A DNA stretch of 64,000 bases. Source: Eledone cirrhosa. Lineage: Eukaryota. The notes beneath the pieces were generated by a model. It was given only the letters and a program-made list of their open reading frames with translations, did not search any database and was not told the DNA's origin. The translations under genes and the position numbers were made by a program. Numbering within the stretch: the first letter of the stretch is position 1; each line of letters begins with the position of its first letter. This document shows, piece after piece, positions 12,801 to 26,440 of this stretch. The stretch is from positions 107,074,001 to 107,138,000 of the forward strand of contig OZ024743.1 in assembly GCA_964016885.1 (NCBI GenBank), in the 5' to 3' direction.

Positions 12801-14395
12801 TCCTTCTTTCTAACTAGAACCCTATCTAGGTACGATCTAGATATTCCGCTAATATTAGTCCACGTCCACAGTGGCACAGTCGGAAAATCTAGTCGATATC
12901 TATCGGCCAGGTCAAATTGGCCGATTAACTGTTTGAGGCTGTTACACCGCCCTCTATCCAGACATGCTCCCACATAGTCCCAACGTGCATCTAGGATTCC
13001 ATTACCACTAACTGCAGCGAGCGGGACGTTTCCCCACTAACAGCAGGGAGCGGGACGTTCGCAAAAAAGTCTCTAGACGTTTGAAGAAGTCTGGCCGCGG
13101 AGTCCCGGATGGGGCATATGCGGCCACCAGCCTGAAGGCTCCACCTTCACTTCCGTTAACGTCTAGAACCACCAGTCGTCCCTCCGGGTTCAGATGTACC
13201 GTCTGTGTTACGAGGTCCAGGTGTTTCCGCAGCAAAACGGCAACCCCACCCCCATCTCCCGGTTGACAGAGAGATGCGTAGATCTCAAAGTCGTCGAAGA
13301 TGGTGGCCAGTTGTCGCTCTCTGTGAATCCTGGACTCGCAAATGGCTACTACATCCATACTGTGCAACCTGAGGTCGTTTAAGTGTTTGCCCTGTTTCCA
13401 GGGCATCCCCAGGCCTCGTACATTCACACATCCAACTCTTATATTGGCCATGTTGGTGCTGAAAAGTTAAAAGAAGAGTAAAATAAATCACTCACCTCTT
13501 CGTCTCCTGGGGACCAGGCTGCACAATTTCCATGTGGGTGTTGGAGGGGTTGTTTGGCGGGGTGGGGACGGAGATGTTTGGTGGGGAGGGGGTGTATTGT
13601 GGGATGGGGTGGGGGTGGGGAAACATTTTAACATGACTTGATTGTAGGGTTTGACGCAGGGGTTACCTACGTCGTTAGGAAATGTTACTTTTAACTGTTT
13701 ATGTGTGTCCATGGAGGTCCTAATCCTTTTAAGATTAGGATTCTCCGAAGAGTGTGTAAAAGTTTTCTCTTCGGTCTCTACCGAAGGGTTTTTATATATG
13801 GTGTCTGTTAAAGTTTTATTGTTAGTATTTATGTAGGTGTATCATTTTTGGTGTGTTGTGTTGCTTTTTGTCTGTAGTTCTTGTGTGTGTTTACGTTTTG
13901 TAGTAGGTGTTTTATTTTCACGAGGGGGGGGTTGTACTGTTTGCGTCGCTTGTGTTGGTGTTTGTGTGTTTTTGCATTTTTGTTTGTATTATGTCTTTTC
14001 TTTTTTCTTTTTACTGGTCAGAAAGGCTCTCCCTCATCGTCACTGTGTGACGATGATGAGGCCTCATCCGTGCTGTTGGGGAGGGGTACATTTTGGGGAG
14101 CTGTTATGTGTGTGGGTGTTTCTGGAGTTGTTTTAGGTGGGGAGGGTTGGGTGGGACTGTGTTTGTCGTTTGTTTTGTTGTCACTATTTTTTTATGTTGG
14201 TGTTGTTGTGGTGCTGGTGGTGATTATTGTGCTGGTGTTGCAGGTGTTGGCAGTAGTGCCTTTTTTGGCTAGTTAGCCGAGGACAGGAAGCTCTCAGGTG
14301 ACCCCTGCTTAAGCATTGGTAACATGAGGGCCTACCCTCAACTGAAATGTTTATGTATATAAGCCCATCCAGCAACACACGTTCCGGGATCCTGG
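9886..14395 (-). mobile_element. Tx1-type non-LTR retrotransposon B, 5'-truncated in ORF1, inactivated
   Basis: ORF1 remnant with [14 protein letters not shown], then ORF2 APE/RT/zinc finger and a 3'UTR with AATAAA. It has (GATA)n on both sides (9825-9885, 14396-14650). Confidence 0.9.
10130..13451 (-). pseudogene. Tx1 ORF2 (APE-RT-zinc finger), frameshifted
   Basis: MANIRVGCVNVRGL..., SYLDRVLV, SDHKLV, GPGYWKLN, PITLLNTELEILAKVLAKRL, ETVAHAFVHC. The catalytic YADD region is deleted. Confidence 0.92.
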
Positions 14396-14410
14396 ATAGA
14401 TAGATAGATA

Positions 14411-14458
<48 letters not shown>

Positions 14459-14540
14459 GATAGATAAGATAGATAGATAAGATAGAGAGATAAGATAGAT
14501 AGTTAGATAGATAAGTAGATGGATTGATGGACAGACAGAT

Positions 14541-14618
<78 letters not shown>

Positions 14619-14650
14619 TTCGATCGATATATAAATTGATAGATACATAG
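14396..14650. repeat. Long (GATA)n microsatellite at the truncated 5' end of Tx1 B
   Basis: Direct reading of the sequence. Confidence 0.95.
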
Positions 14651-15239
14651 AAAGTGTTTAGTTAGTTAGATAGCTACATAGAGAGAGGAAGAGAGGAAAG
14701 AAGAGATGAGAAATTAAGGAAAATAGGGGAATATTATGAGCCAATAAATGATTAGAGGTGAACTCAGAACGTATATCAGCCCGGTAATTACTTACTATAT
14801 TGATCAATATTTTATATTTGGCAAAGTTACTATAGTGCGAGAGAGAAAGAGGAAGAGGGATAGGGAGAGGGTGTGTATGTGTGTGTGTGTGTGTGTGAAT
14901 TTGTATGTCTGTGTTCGTGTGTGTGTGTATGTCTTGTCTGAAGCTAGAAAGAAACCCATAATTACGTATTTATATATCGATTTTAGCAGGAAAATATATA
15001 TTACGACATTTTAGGAATTAATTTAACGAATTTTTGGATTAATGCGGAAAGAGAACAAAACTTCAAAAAATTTAGAATTCCACGGCATCACGTGTAGGAC
15101 CCCCATCCGTTCCGACTAAGTGCATTTTATTTGATTTGGTGAGCGGAAGATCCTACACGTGAAACTATCACGCCATTAGTGTAGCATTCCACAAACCTGT
15201 TTGGCAATAACATTGTTTTCAAGATAATTCAACAGGGAA

Positions 15240-15403
15240 CAGGTATTTACAAATCTGCCTCTTTCAATTACAGTTACAACTCATTTTTGCTCACTAGACT
15301 GAAGAACTGTGAAATAAATGTCTTATTCGAGGACACAACGTGACGTCGAGAACTGAAGTCATGACCTTGCGATCGTAAGTCAAATGCTACAACCACTAAG
15401 CCA
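15240..15403 (-). mobile_element. Degenerate tRNA-derived SINE of a second type
   Basis: The minus strand starts TGGCTTAGTGGTTGTAGC (box A-like), has a degenerate box B, then GTTGTGTCCTCGAATAAGACATTT (CORE-like). Confidence 0.55.
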
Positions 15404-15554
15404 AGATTAAGTTAAAAATGCGAACGGTTAGAATTTTGGAGTGAGGTGTGAGTTATATTCGATATTAGTCCTATGAGTAAAGAAACATCGTAAAAGAATA
15501 GTTTTTGATGCTACCTTAAATTGTATAAACGGAAAATTACTGTTAATAATAATT

Positions 15555-15720
15555 TATTAATTTGGCACACAGCCAGCATCGTTAGCTGGAAGAAGTCAGT
15601 TATAATGACCTCTATCCATTACTGGCACTTCATTTTATAAAAGAGAGAAGGATGATAGGGAAAGCGTATATTAGCGAGATTTGAACACAAAACGTAATGG
15701 TTTAAAACTAGCTTCCCGAA
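15555..15720 (-). mobile_element. Degenerate copy of the main SINE
   Basis: ttggcacacagccagca...attactggcacttcattttat...aaggatgatagg...gagatttgaac matches the reverse complement of the intact copies. Confidence 0.6.
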
Positions 15721-18072
15721 TGCTCTAAATCTATAGTTTAACAAAGATTCGTATGTCTCATGCAGTTAATTTTTTTTTATGAAATGTTTTGTTTTAGTTT
15801 AAGGGAAATAGTCGAAAGAGGAAGAGGTGCTGATATATTTATTTCTAACTTTTTATTGAAATGTGGGAATTATGTCGTTACTCGTATGCTTCAAAGTCAA
15901 TAAAATTACATTTAAATAGCGATATCTAAATTAGAGCTGGCATGCATGGCATAATGAAATGAGAATATCAAGGTCCGTCAGAATTTGAATTAATCGAATG
16001 AAAAATATATATCGATCATGTTTTATAATACGGTTTTACTTAACTGCTATTGTTTATACGTGTGTTGTTAAGTGTTCAAAGGTAAATTTTGCAAATAATT
16101 AAGTTTTCTAATAAAGATTAAATTATGGTGAGAAAATGAGATAGGAAAACTCAACATTGTATAAAATATCTAATTTGATGACCTAAGAGAGTAACTATGA
16201 TAAGAAAAATCAATATCTTATGAAAGATATTTTATAAAATATCTAATTTGACAAATAAAGGGGGCAGCTGTAACAAAGAAAGTTAATGGAGCAAGAAGAG
16301 GATATTTTGAGTGACTAGATTGAGTTAATTGAATATTGATGAGTTAAGCAGCGATATTTGGACAATTGTATGTGTGTATATATGTGTGAGTATAGATCCG
16401 TAAAACCTGTGAGGTTGGTAGGGGTGCCGCAGTAACACACGGCGTATCTTGGGCACTCTAAACCTCATTTCTGAACACAACCGATTTCGTCTAAAAGGAA
16501 AGATAGATAGATATTTAGATAGAGAGACTGAAAGTAAAAAAAAAGAGAAACTAAGAGATATATATAGAGGAATAATCGACGCCATTGCAGTACTGGTATA
16601 AATGTATCGACCTCAAAATGGTGACACGGAGTGTTTAGATCTGGGAACGCAACGAGTGTTGTAGCAAACGAATATTACAAATTATGTTGCGCGACACGGC
16701 ATGTTACTGACTTAGGTAATATAATTCACCACAGAATATTATAATTTTACACATTATAGCCGGAACTGCTTGTATTCAAACACGAAGGACAAGTGCAAAA
16801 ATGTGCACTGTTTTGCTGGGGAGAAAGAAGGAATCGGTCTGATAGCTTACTGTCTTATTTAAGACAGTTCGACAAGGATCAAACCACATACGTGTGTAAA
16901 TGTGTTTTATTGACACAATTCCCATATAATGTATATTCTAAGCTAAAATAAAATTCCATTAGAAATATTTAAACATAGCGGTCATTGATAAATTAAGTGT
17001 CATCATAAAAAATAGACTTAACCTTTCAAACCTGAGCAATAATATTATTTTTCTGCAAAACGTAAACATCTTACTGATATCTCTCCTTGAGAAAAGCAGA
17101 TAATTCAGTTAGCATTAATGCGTGATCTTTAGATTATTATTTGAGGGATCTCGCAACGCATAGTTATTTGGTGTAATTTAAACTGAAATATTTTATTACA
17201 AGGACAATAATATAGCTTTAAAACACATTACATTGATAAACATTTATTAAATAAATAGCATTACAGGGATATATTATTGGATATCGCTGTGGGATTTGTA
17301 GGGTAACGTTTTTTTCGAAACACGAAGTCTTCGAGAAATATAAACTTTTGCGTGATTTTTTTTCCCGTCTATGATAATACAGAAAAGAAACACACACACA
17401 TATTGAGATATGTGAGAAATATTCCATAGAGAACTGAAAAAATGTATACACAAATTTAGTCACACTGGATTAAATCCCTATTATTGCGATATATCTAGGA
17501 AACTCTTTATGGGTAACATTGTATTATTAACGCACTAAACAATATACATTGTAAAAATATGTTTTTATTCACATTATATATCTGCAAACCTATAGTTATA
17601 TTTAGGAATACTTATATATAAACTTCATGTGAACAAGCGTTAGTGTCTATGTGTGCGTCTGTTGCATGTGTGTTTATAGTTGAACATGTATATACATCTG
17701 TGGTTGCAGTCGTATGAATAATCTTGCTTTTCAGCACAATGGTTTGTTTGTGTTGTGATTTTATAAACAAGCAAGGGAATAAAGACGAGTCAGTATACAG
17801 ATGTATAGATACATACGCATGAAAATAGTTTGCAAGCATTGTATGTATGGAAGATGTGACTGAGCATTGCAGAGGCATGTGTAACTGTAACCTAATTCTC
17901 GGGTGGACTCAGTTCGATACACTGCTGGACTAGGCTAGCCCTTTGAATAATCGGGTACGCTTTCTAACAGCTTTGGTCTACCCAATCACACGTACATTGA
18001 TATAAACCACATGATACTATGGTATATAATATTTGCCCTCGATAACATGCAGTGTGATCAAACTTCCTATGA

Positions 18073-18132
<60 letters not shown>

Positions 18133-18665
18133 GTACATGGGTGTGTGTTAAAGGAGCATGTTTGTGTCACCGATTTTGTAGATGAAGATATATGTGCGTG
18201 TTTTTTCCATATGTCGAACGAATATTGTTTTAATAGTGATTCCTCAGAGCGGCGAGTTTGTGTTTATGTTTATGATCAACGAAAATAATATCAAGAATCA
18301 AACCTAAGAGCCATTTCCCCAATAATTTAAATTTCAGACACAATGAGATTATATAGGTCAAAATTAATGTTATAGATGTCTTTATACGGTGAATACTAAT
18401 GTGTATAGTTTTTGGCTGATCATTTGGTAAATTGTTCAGAAATCTCGATAAGTTCAGTCATATTTTATTCACAAATAGCTTGCATGTGTGTGTGTCTAGG
18501 TCTATGTGTGTGTGTGTGAAAAGCCCAGATCATAGGAATTCATTCGTTCTCTCAATTACTTCTCATTGCTTGAACAACTGGGGCAGCAATCTCGTTTACT
18601 TGACCACATCGATCTTTTTTTGATGAACCAATACGTTGCCGGACAAAATTACCCACCCACAGACG

Positions 18666-18750
<85 letters not shown>

Positions 18751-18798
18751 ATATTTGTGCGTGTGTGTGAGTGTGAGTTCATATAGATACATACTCAA

Positions 18799-18881
<83 letters not shown>

Positions 18882-20259
18882 GTGTTTGTGTGTTGTGTGT
18901 GTGTGTGTGTGTCTACATACGTATATTTACACATACGTATTTATAAATTGATAGGAATGTTTATCCTCAGGCAAACGCAAATATAAACATTCCCAGACAT
19001 ATAAATGTGTGAACTTGTGTTCGTGTATACGTGTGTATGCGTGTGAAAATGTGTGTGGTTAACTTGTGCACGATCATGTGTATAAGTTTGAGTGTGTTTT
19101 GGCGTGTATGCGACCATGTGAGTATCATTCCGTGTGTGTCGTTACTTCTGTGTAAGAGTGTATGCATCGTTGCGTGAGTTTGTGCGTGTTTTTCTGGCTT
19201 ACTTCATTTCAAGTCAGCAACGAGAACGATGCTATAGAGAATTAGAAGATCAGCTTGTAATTTCTGAATGTCTGTTTATTTGAACTGCTGTTATCATGTG
19301 ATGACCGATAACACACGTAAACAAATCTCTCACGACGGCTTCCTTAGATCTTGGTGAAGCTGTCATCACTTTTCTTCATTATCGAAGGCGATAAAGAATG
19401 ATCTAGAGAAAAATAGAAACAGAAAGCATGGTGAAATGAAGAAGACGAGAGTGTATGGAAAAGGATTAAAGAAACATATAGGAGAGTGAAAGAGTGTGAG
19501 TAAAAGAGAAGTAGAGAGATGGCAGAGGGAAGAGTTGCTGGTGATGATGAAGATGATATGGAAAATAGTAAATAGGATAATATGGTGATATACAACGAAC
19601 TCGTGTAAATTTCTAATGGTTATGTTATATAATGAAACATTTACTCATTCCGGAATATTTATTTTTTTCTTTTATGCATCTCACGTAAAATCCAGATATC
19701 CGATTTTCTAAGGTTCCAGCACCCACCTACCTACCTACACACACATACACCAAAGAAAATGTCTAGCATTCCATGGTTCGTATCTTCATAGCGTTTCGGT
19801 GTCATGTACAATGTGCAATATACTTACATCTTCAGACTCATTCACGAAGACCTGAGGAGTGAGATATGAACTCATTGTTTGCAGTAGCTCAATCTCTTTA
19901 GAATTGTCGATTACGTTTTTTCTAATTGTTTTCATACATATAATAAATGTATCAAAGGGACAGTATATCAGAGGTCACCCAACAATATCAATATTCTATT
20001 AGAGCTAACATTTATGAATATAACAAGGCAGAGTGGGACTTAAGCCAATTCGGGCTGTCACGTACAACTTGGCACTGAGCCTCAGGTGGGCTAATTTGTT
20101 CTAATCACTGGTCATCAAATACACCCAAAAACAGATGTTAATACATATGTACCTCACAATTGTTTCCAAAGGCCGATGCTGAAAGCATGCTACATAACGC
20201 AATGTAACCTCTGATATATTTATGTATATTTATCTATATTTATATCTATATGTATCTAT

Positions 20260-20285
20260 TTACCTATCTATCTATATATGCATGC

Positions 20286-20358
<73 letters not shown>
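20260..20358. repeat. (TATC)n microsatellite
   Basis: Direct reading of the sequence. Confidence 0.95.
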
Positions 20359-20359
<1 letters not shown>

Positions 20360-20429
20360 GTTTTCACTTTTGAACAGCAATGCTTTAATCCTTCCCATTA
20401 TACTTCTAATATATTTCGCCGAAAAGAAG

Positions 20430-20563
20430 TAAGTGGCATAGTCACTACTTTAAAAACGGTAGCGTATGGTCTTCAAAATTATTTTAATTAAACATACGGC
20501 ATATTGCCAAATATACTATACATACATTCATTATAAATCGCTATTTCAGAGCACCAATCCTAA
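20430..20563. mobile_element. Single arm of the foldback element at 57449-57809
   Basis: tagtcactactttaaaa...ggtcttcaaaat...tcgctatttcagagcaccaatcctaat matches the right arm. It ends at (TA)n. Confidence 0.75.
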
Positions 20564-21779
20564 TATATATATATATATATATATACAATATATTATGTAT
20601 ATAATATATTGAATATTTCAATATTTCAATATATGAATATATTGAATATTTGTAACATGCGTGGAAAGAAGATCGTAAAAATAACTGGAAATTGTAAAGT
20701 TTTTATTGAATGTGTAGCCGTGAAGGAATAATTACAACATGGATTGTGTGAGATGAGTGGATAGATAAATATGTTCAGTTAGAGGATAGAAAAAAATGGA
20801 CAATGGATGCAGTCAATTATCTAAATAGTGTAAAATATATTCTTGAACAATGTGCTATTCGTTTACTGTTCTGCAAACCTCTACGAATATGCATGTATGT
20901 AAGCATAATTGCCTGTATGGGTTTATTTATTTATGCATGTTTGTACGTATGTGTATATATGTATATTCATACACAAACACGCATATATATACATATGTGT
21001 GTGTGTGTGTGTGTGTGTATACACGAGTGTGTGTCTTCTGTATATGGGCCCATATAGAACGTATTTATGTACGATAAACCTACTTGCTGTCTAGCTGTAA
21101 ACATTTTAAACTGTGATCATATTTCACCTGCCTAGTTCTAAATGTGGAGTATACATGCATTTCGAAATTTTTGATGAATGATGTTTGCTCCAGATTTCAT
21201 GCAGTGGGTTTGAACCTCGGACATCATATTTGCCATGCGAAATTCGTAATCATCCTTACCACACATACGGTGAACATATTTCTGTTTACCAAATTTTTTT
21301 TTATTTTGGCATGATAGAAATCCTCTACTCATGGAACCACGCAATAGTTTTAGATACGTATGCACATTTTTAATCACACAGCCATATCTTAGACAAAACT
21401 CTAAGTTGTTAAGATTTAATTTCTTATAAATATATTTTAAATTATCTTACTCTCCAGCCGCTGTGATTTAATACAATATCAACTTTGAAAAAGACTCATT
21501 GTAATTTGATTATTATTCAATAAACATTTCCGTGTTTTTCGTGCCATACTTATGCTCGTGTGCCAAACATTCTCTTTTTTTGGGGGGCAAGAAATTTCTG
21601 GGATAATTTGTTTGATCATTCAATAGATCAAAAATATTCTCATAAGCACACTTCAGTGACAAAACTATTATGAGTAGTTAACTAGTATGTATATTTACAC
21701 ATAAGAATATATCAAACATTGAGAGGGGGGGGGGGGGGGTGACAGATTAAACCTGGATGTTGTTATTATTCATACTATA

Positions 21780-22960
21780 AATTGGCAGTATCGACAGAGC
21801 GTCATTCAATACGATTTGTGGATTTCGTTACGACTTTCCTTTCTGTGATTTCAAGTCCCGTTGAGGTCAAGGTTGTCTTTCATCCGTCCGTAGTCGCTAA
21901 AGTACAGTATCAAACAAGGTTTAGGTTGATGTAATCAACTTTCACTTTCCCCAAAATTATTGTTATTTATACACAATTAAATTCTAATTGAGTTAAAATA
22001 AAACCTCCCCAGGAGAGACCGTAAATTATAATTTATGTATCAGTCTACAATATAAATGTTATTCTCCATTTTCTTTGTTCGATTTAATATTTTAGAATAT
22101 GTGAGGAGGGTTTGGTTCTCTATGTTGTGAAGGCTGTGTGACTACATAAAAAAGGGGGTAAGAATGTTAAGCGATTCGACATTCAATTTTTATTATTATT
22201 AATAGTAACGGTCGATTGGGCGGTGGATTGGCAGTATCGGTAGAGGGCTGGACGCCATGCTTTCCAGCATAGTTACGTCCCTTTACGATCTGAGTTCAAA
22301 TCCCGCCGAGGTTAACTTTGCCTTTCATCCTTACGGGGTCGATAAAATAAAGTACAAGTAATACTCTGGGTAATTGCTGGCCTTGTGACAAAAGTAGTAA
22401 CAATTAATAGTAACGGTCTCTGATTTAAGCAAAGGTGCCAACAATTTTGGTGGAGGGGAAAGTCGAATAAATCGTCCCAGTGCTTTTAATGGTACTGTAT
22501 TTTATTATCTCTCCAGGAGGCTAAACGACGAAGTTGACTTTGGTGGGTTTGAAACTCCTACGTTGGGAACCGGACCAAATAACACTTTTCCTGACTCTAA
22601 TGAGTCTAATGACTCTAATGATAGTCTCTAATCTAGAGCCAAGGTCAGCAAATTTGGAATGACGAATGTCGATTTAACTGACCCCAGTGTTTGACTGCTA
22701 CTTTATTTTATCAAATTCGGAAAGATGAACCGCACATTTCACCGAGGTGAATCTTCAACTCAGAAACGTAAAATGCTGTCACGTAATATGCATGACAATT
22801 TGTCAGTCACTTTAACGAATCTGCTCATCCCCAATTCTTGTGTTCCTTTTCTAATTTAGGCATACCTTCAGCAATTTCACTGTCAGGTATTGATTCATTA
22901 TACTGGAATGGTACGATATTTGATTAAAGACAAATTTCACCACGGGAGCAGTTGAATTCA
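21780..22960. mobile_element. Cluster of about five SINE copies in both orientations
   Basis: A degenerate + copy at ~21782-21960, an intact + copy at 22218-22405, and degenerate - copies at ~22415-22580, ~22625-22810 and ~22845-22960. Confidence 0.7.
22218..22405 (+). mobile_element. Intact tRNA-derived SINE
   Basis: Box A-like TGGCAGTATCGG, box B GAGTTCAAATCCC, and the conserved central domain. Near-identical to 47693-47880. Confidence 0.9.
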
Positions 22961-23411
22961 TATCACGTATTTAGTTGGTTACAACAGTGCATCTCACTTG
23001 AATAAGCAACTATATGATATGGAATGTCTGTGACAGCTGGCGTTGTTAGATCTTCATCCTGGCACACATTAGTCATTGTATCCTCAGGGAACAGCTGAGA
23101 GGTACCGGTCAGGTGAGAGTGTAGATCTTCCCACCCTTCTTCCCCTTACTAATTTCTTATTTATATTTTCTTTCTACCTCTTCACTTTTATTCCTCTCCC
23201 CATTATTTCTTCTCATTTCAATCGAAACTACAAAGTCATTTGTAGAAGAAGAATGATAAAGACGAATTGGGAGAAATGAAAGGAATTTCTGGAAACAATA
23301 AGTAACAAACTGGGGCATGACAATCCTATTTGCGTTATTACTTAAGAAAATACTTCATATTAGAGAGTACATATCTAATATGTAATTATTCAAATATGTG
23401 TTTATATATAT

Positions 23412-23442
<31 letters not shown>

Positions 23443-23448
23443 TATGTG

Positions 23449-23549
<101 letters not shown>

Positions 23550-24260
23550 CAGTATTCAGTGTATTTCTAAAAAATTAAACACTGTGAGGTGAGTAATCTC
23601 TACGAAAAATCAATTTTTACTTCAAGTGTTGCTGATATATTTTATATACTCTATACATGTGTTTATACTTTAGATATGAATATATATATATATATATATC
23701 GTATGTTCTTATATATGCGTAATGGTGTATTATCTTAGATGTGTGTTTATGATCTGTATTGTGTTCTCTCCCTTTTCTTTTTTTTTTCTCACTAAGAGAA
23801 TTCAATGTGTCATCAATAATAGTGAGCATGAAAAGGAAGCAACGTCAGATGAATGACATGAGAAGTATATATATATATAGATATATATATATATATATAT
23901 CCATGTGTGCATATATACGTATAATATACACATACGGGTTCGTATATATGTGTGTGTGTGCCTGTGTAAATGTATAAACAGGTATATATATATATTTAAA
24001 TGTGTGTGTTGTGTATATATATATATATGTATGTATACATACGTTAATGATTCAAAGGTGAAAAAGAATGCATTGTATTTGTATCGAAGCAATACAATAG
24101 AATGCATGTTCGAAAATATAATTTTCCCTCGCGGAGTTAACAGGATAGATAAAAGAAACACGTTTGTTTCTCGGGGTGACATGCACTATTATGTATATGC
24201 ATGTGTGCATATATATATGTAAATATATGCATGTATATAGGAATGTAATTAAGTATATAC

Positions 24261-24323
<63 letters not shown>

Positions 24324-24734
24324 TATAATATATACATTAATATATCTATGTGACTCTGTGTGTGTGTACAGATACATAAGGGAATGTATTGGAATTGAAA
24401 ATACCATTTGCTATAGAGCAATTTCTTGAACCGACGTCTAATACTTAATAGTAGGTCATACGATCTCCGGAAACAGTGTGGCAAATTCTAAGTGGGAAAT
24501 GTTGAATTCTTACATATAAATTTACATGTAGAAAGTGAATTAGTAGAGCTGTTAGAATCTTAGCTAGAATGCTTTAAGTTATTCTTTCAATCATATCTGA
24601 GTTTATATACCACTGATCTCAACTTTGCCATCTATGCTTCCATTTGATTTCGAAGAATAAAATATCGGTCATGTACTGATTTTCATCAATACATCCCACT
24701 CTCTCTCATTCTTTCTCTCTTCCCTCCCAACCCA

Positions 24735-24852
<118 letters not shown>

Positions 24853-25395
24853 CTCTCTCTCTCTTTCCCTCTTGCTCTGAAAGAAGTTGACAACGTTCCG
24901 ACCTAGGTCAAATTTTAAAGGCCAAGGACAGATGACTAATGGTATATACCACTATAACACAGCTACGACTCCATCATGAGTTATCGGATTATTGAAATAA
25001 CCGAAGAAAGTGTATTTCAAATTTCAACTTCTCCGAATGTTCAAGTTAGCCAATCATTTATAAATCTAACTACAGACTCATTATCTTAAAAGTCAAATTT
25101 GTCCATCAGCAATTCTTTATTGAACCGTAATCCGAACGAAATGTTGTTCGATTATAAGCGAACACCAGAGTCCTTGATTTTTCGTCTCCATGTGTTCGCT
25201 ATCCACTTTTCTCCATTATTACACATGGTGATCGTGTGCTGTGGTGGCAGTGAGCATTAAGACGCAAGCACTACACATTAGAAATATCCCCAATGCTTCT
25301 TATGTAAGCTAGATCAGTGAGTGTATATTTATATATATATACAAGAGTGTGCATATACATGTTCATCCACACCGACACACAGAGACACTCTCTCA

Positions 25396-25471
<76 letters not shown>

Positions 25472-25519
25472 CGTAAAATAAGAAAATTTTAAAACATTAA
25501 CTTACTTACTAAAATTTTC

Positions 25520-25600
25520 ACTCCAACTAATTAGTTTCTGCAATGGGATAAAGACAGTTACGTAATAAACTGTCGAGAATTCATTGCGTCATCAGGGAGT
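25520..25600 (-). ncRNA. Type I hammerhead ribozyme (copy 1)
   Basis: ACUCC-CUGAUGA-cGCAAUG aauucuc GACAGUU uauuacgu AACUGUC uuuaucc CAUUGCa-GAAAC UAAUUA GUU-GGAGU. It has an intact core, a 5-bp stem I with imperfect extension, and a palindromic stem III. Confidence 0.85.
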
Positions 25601-26052
25601 CTATTCTCAGCTAAGTCTCCAGGCAATGCGCGGACACTGGGGACTCATATAAAAATAATAATAATTTGGTAAATGGAACAGCTAGCGGCGACTGGATTCC
25701 ATGCACTGAAAATCTCGCTGTCACTGGTCAAATGGCAGATTCTAAAGAATCAATCACGTGACACTGAGGCTAGTCGGTAGGAGTGGGATGGTAAGATGAC
25801 AGAAGCCTACTAACACCCCAATAAATTAGTAGTGGTTTTGGCAGGTTTGCTCGACAAATAAGTAATTTGGAGATAAATATAGAGAATTTAGTATATCTAC
25901 TAACATATGCGTACAGATGTACGCTAATGCTAGCAAATACACAGGTTATGTCATAGTACCTAGGTGGTTCAATGCAGGAGGATGCAGAACAATAATATAA
26001 AAGACGTAAAATAAAAATTTTTTAAAAAATTAACTTACTTACTAAAATTTTC

Positions 26053-26133
26053 ACTCCAACTAATTAGTTTCTGCAATGGGACAAAGACAGTTACGTAATA
26101 AACTGTCGAGAATTCATTGCGTCATCAGGGAGT
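26053..26133 (-). ncRNA. Type I hammerhead ribozyme (copy 2)
   Basis: Identical to copy 1 except for one change in the stem II internal loop. Confidence 0.85.
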
Positions 26134-26440
26134 CTATTCTCAGCTAAATTTCCAGGCAATACGCGGACACTGGGGACTCATATAAAAATAATAATAATTC
26201 GGTAAATGGAACAGCTAGCGGGGACTGGATTCCATGCACTGAAAATCTCGCTGTCACTGGTCAAATGGCAGATTCTAAAGAATCAATCACGTGACACTGA
26301 GGCTAGTCGGTAGGAGTGGGATGGTAAGATGACAGAAGCCTACTAACACCCGAATAAATTAGTAGTGGTTTTGGCAGGTTTGCTCGACAAATAAGTAATT
26401 TGGAGATAAATATAGAGAATTTAGTATATCTACTAACATA

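Larger units (their letters stand above)
25462..26440 (-). mobile_element. Retrozyme-like / non-autonomous Penelope-like unit: two ~446-bp direct repeats (period 533 bp), each with a hammerhead
   Basis: 25462-25907 and 25995-26440 are near-identical, separated by an ~87-bp spacer. The unit starts at (TA)n and has no convincing ORF. Confidence 0.8.

Noticed and set aside
19335-19403. Minus-strand exon-like segment with a pyrimidine tract-AG and a GTGAGA donor
   Set aside because: All three frames contain stops, and no supporting neighbouring exons were found.
19775-19850. Minus-strand CUGAAGA...CGAAAC resembling a hammerhead
   Set aside because: No stem I adjacent to the core, and stem II does not close next to GAAA.
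22218-22300. tRNA gene
   Set aside because: Boxes A and B belong to a SINE head. There is no cloverleaf.
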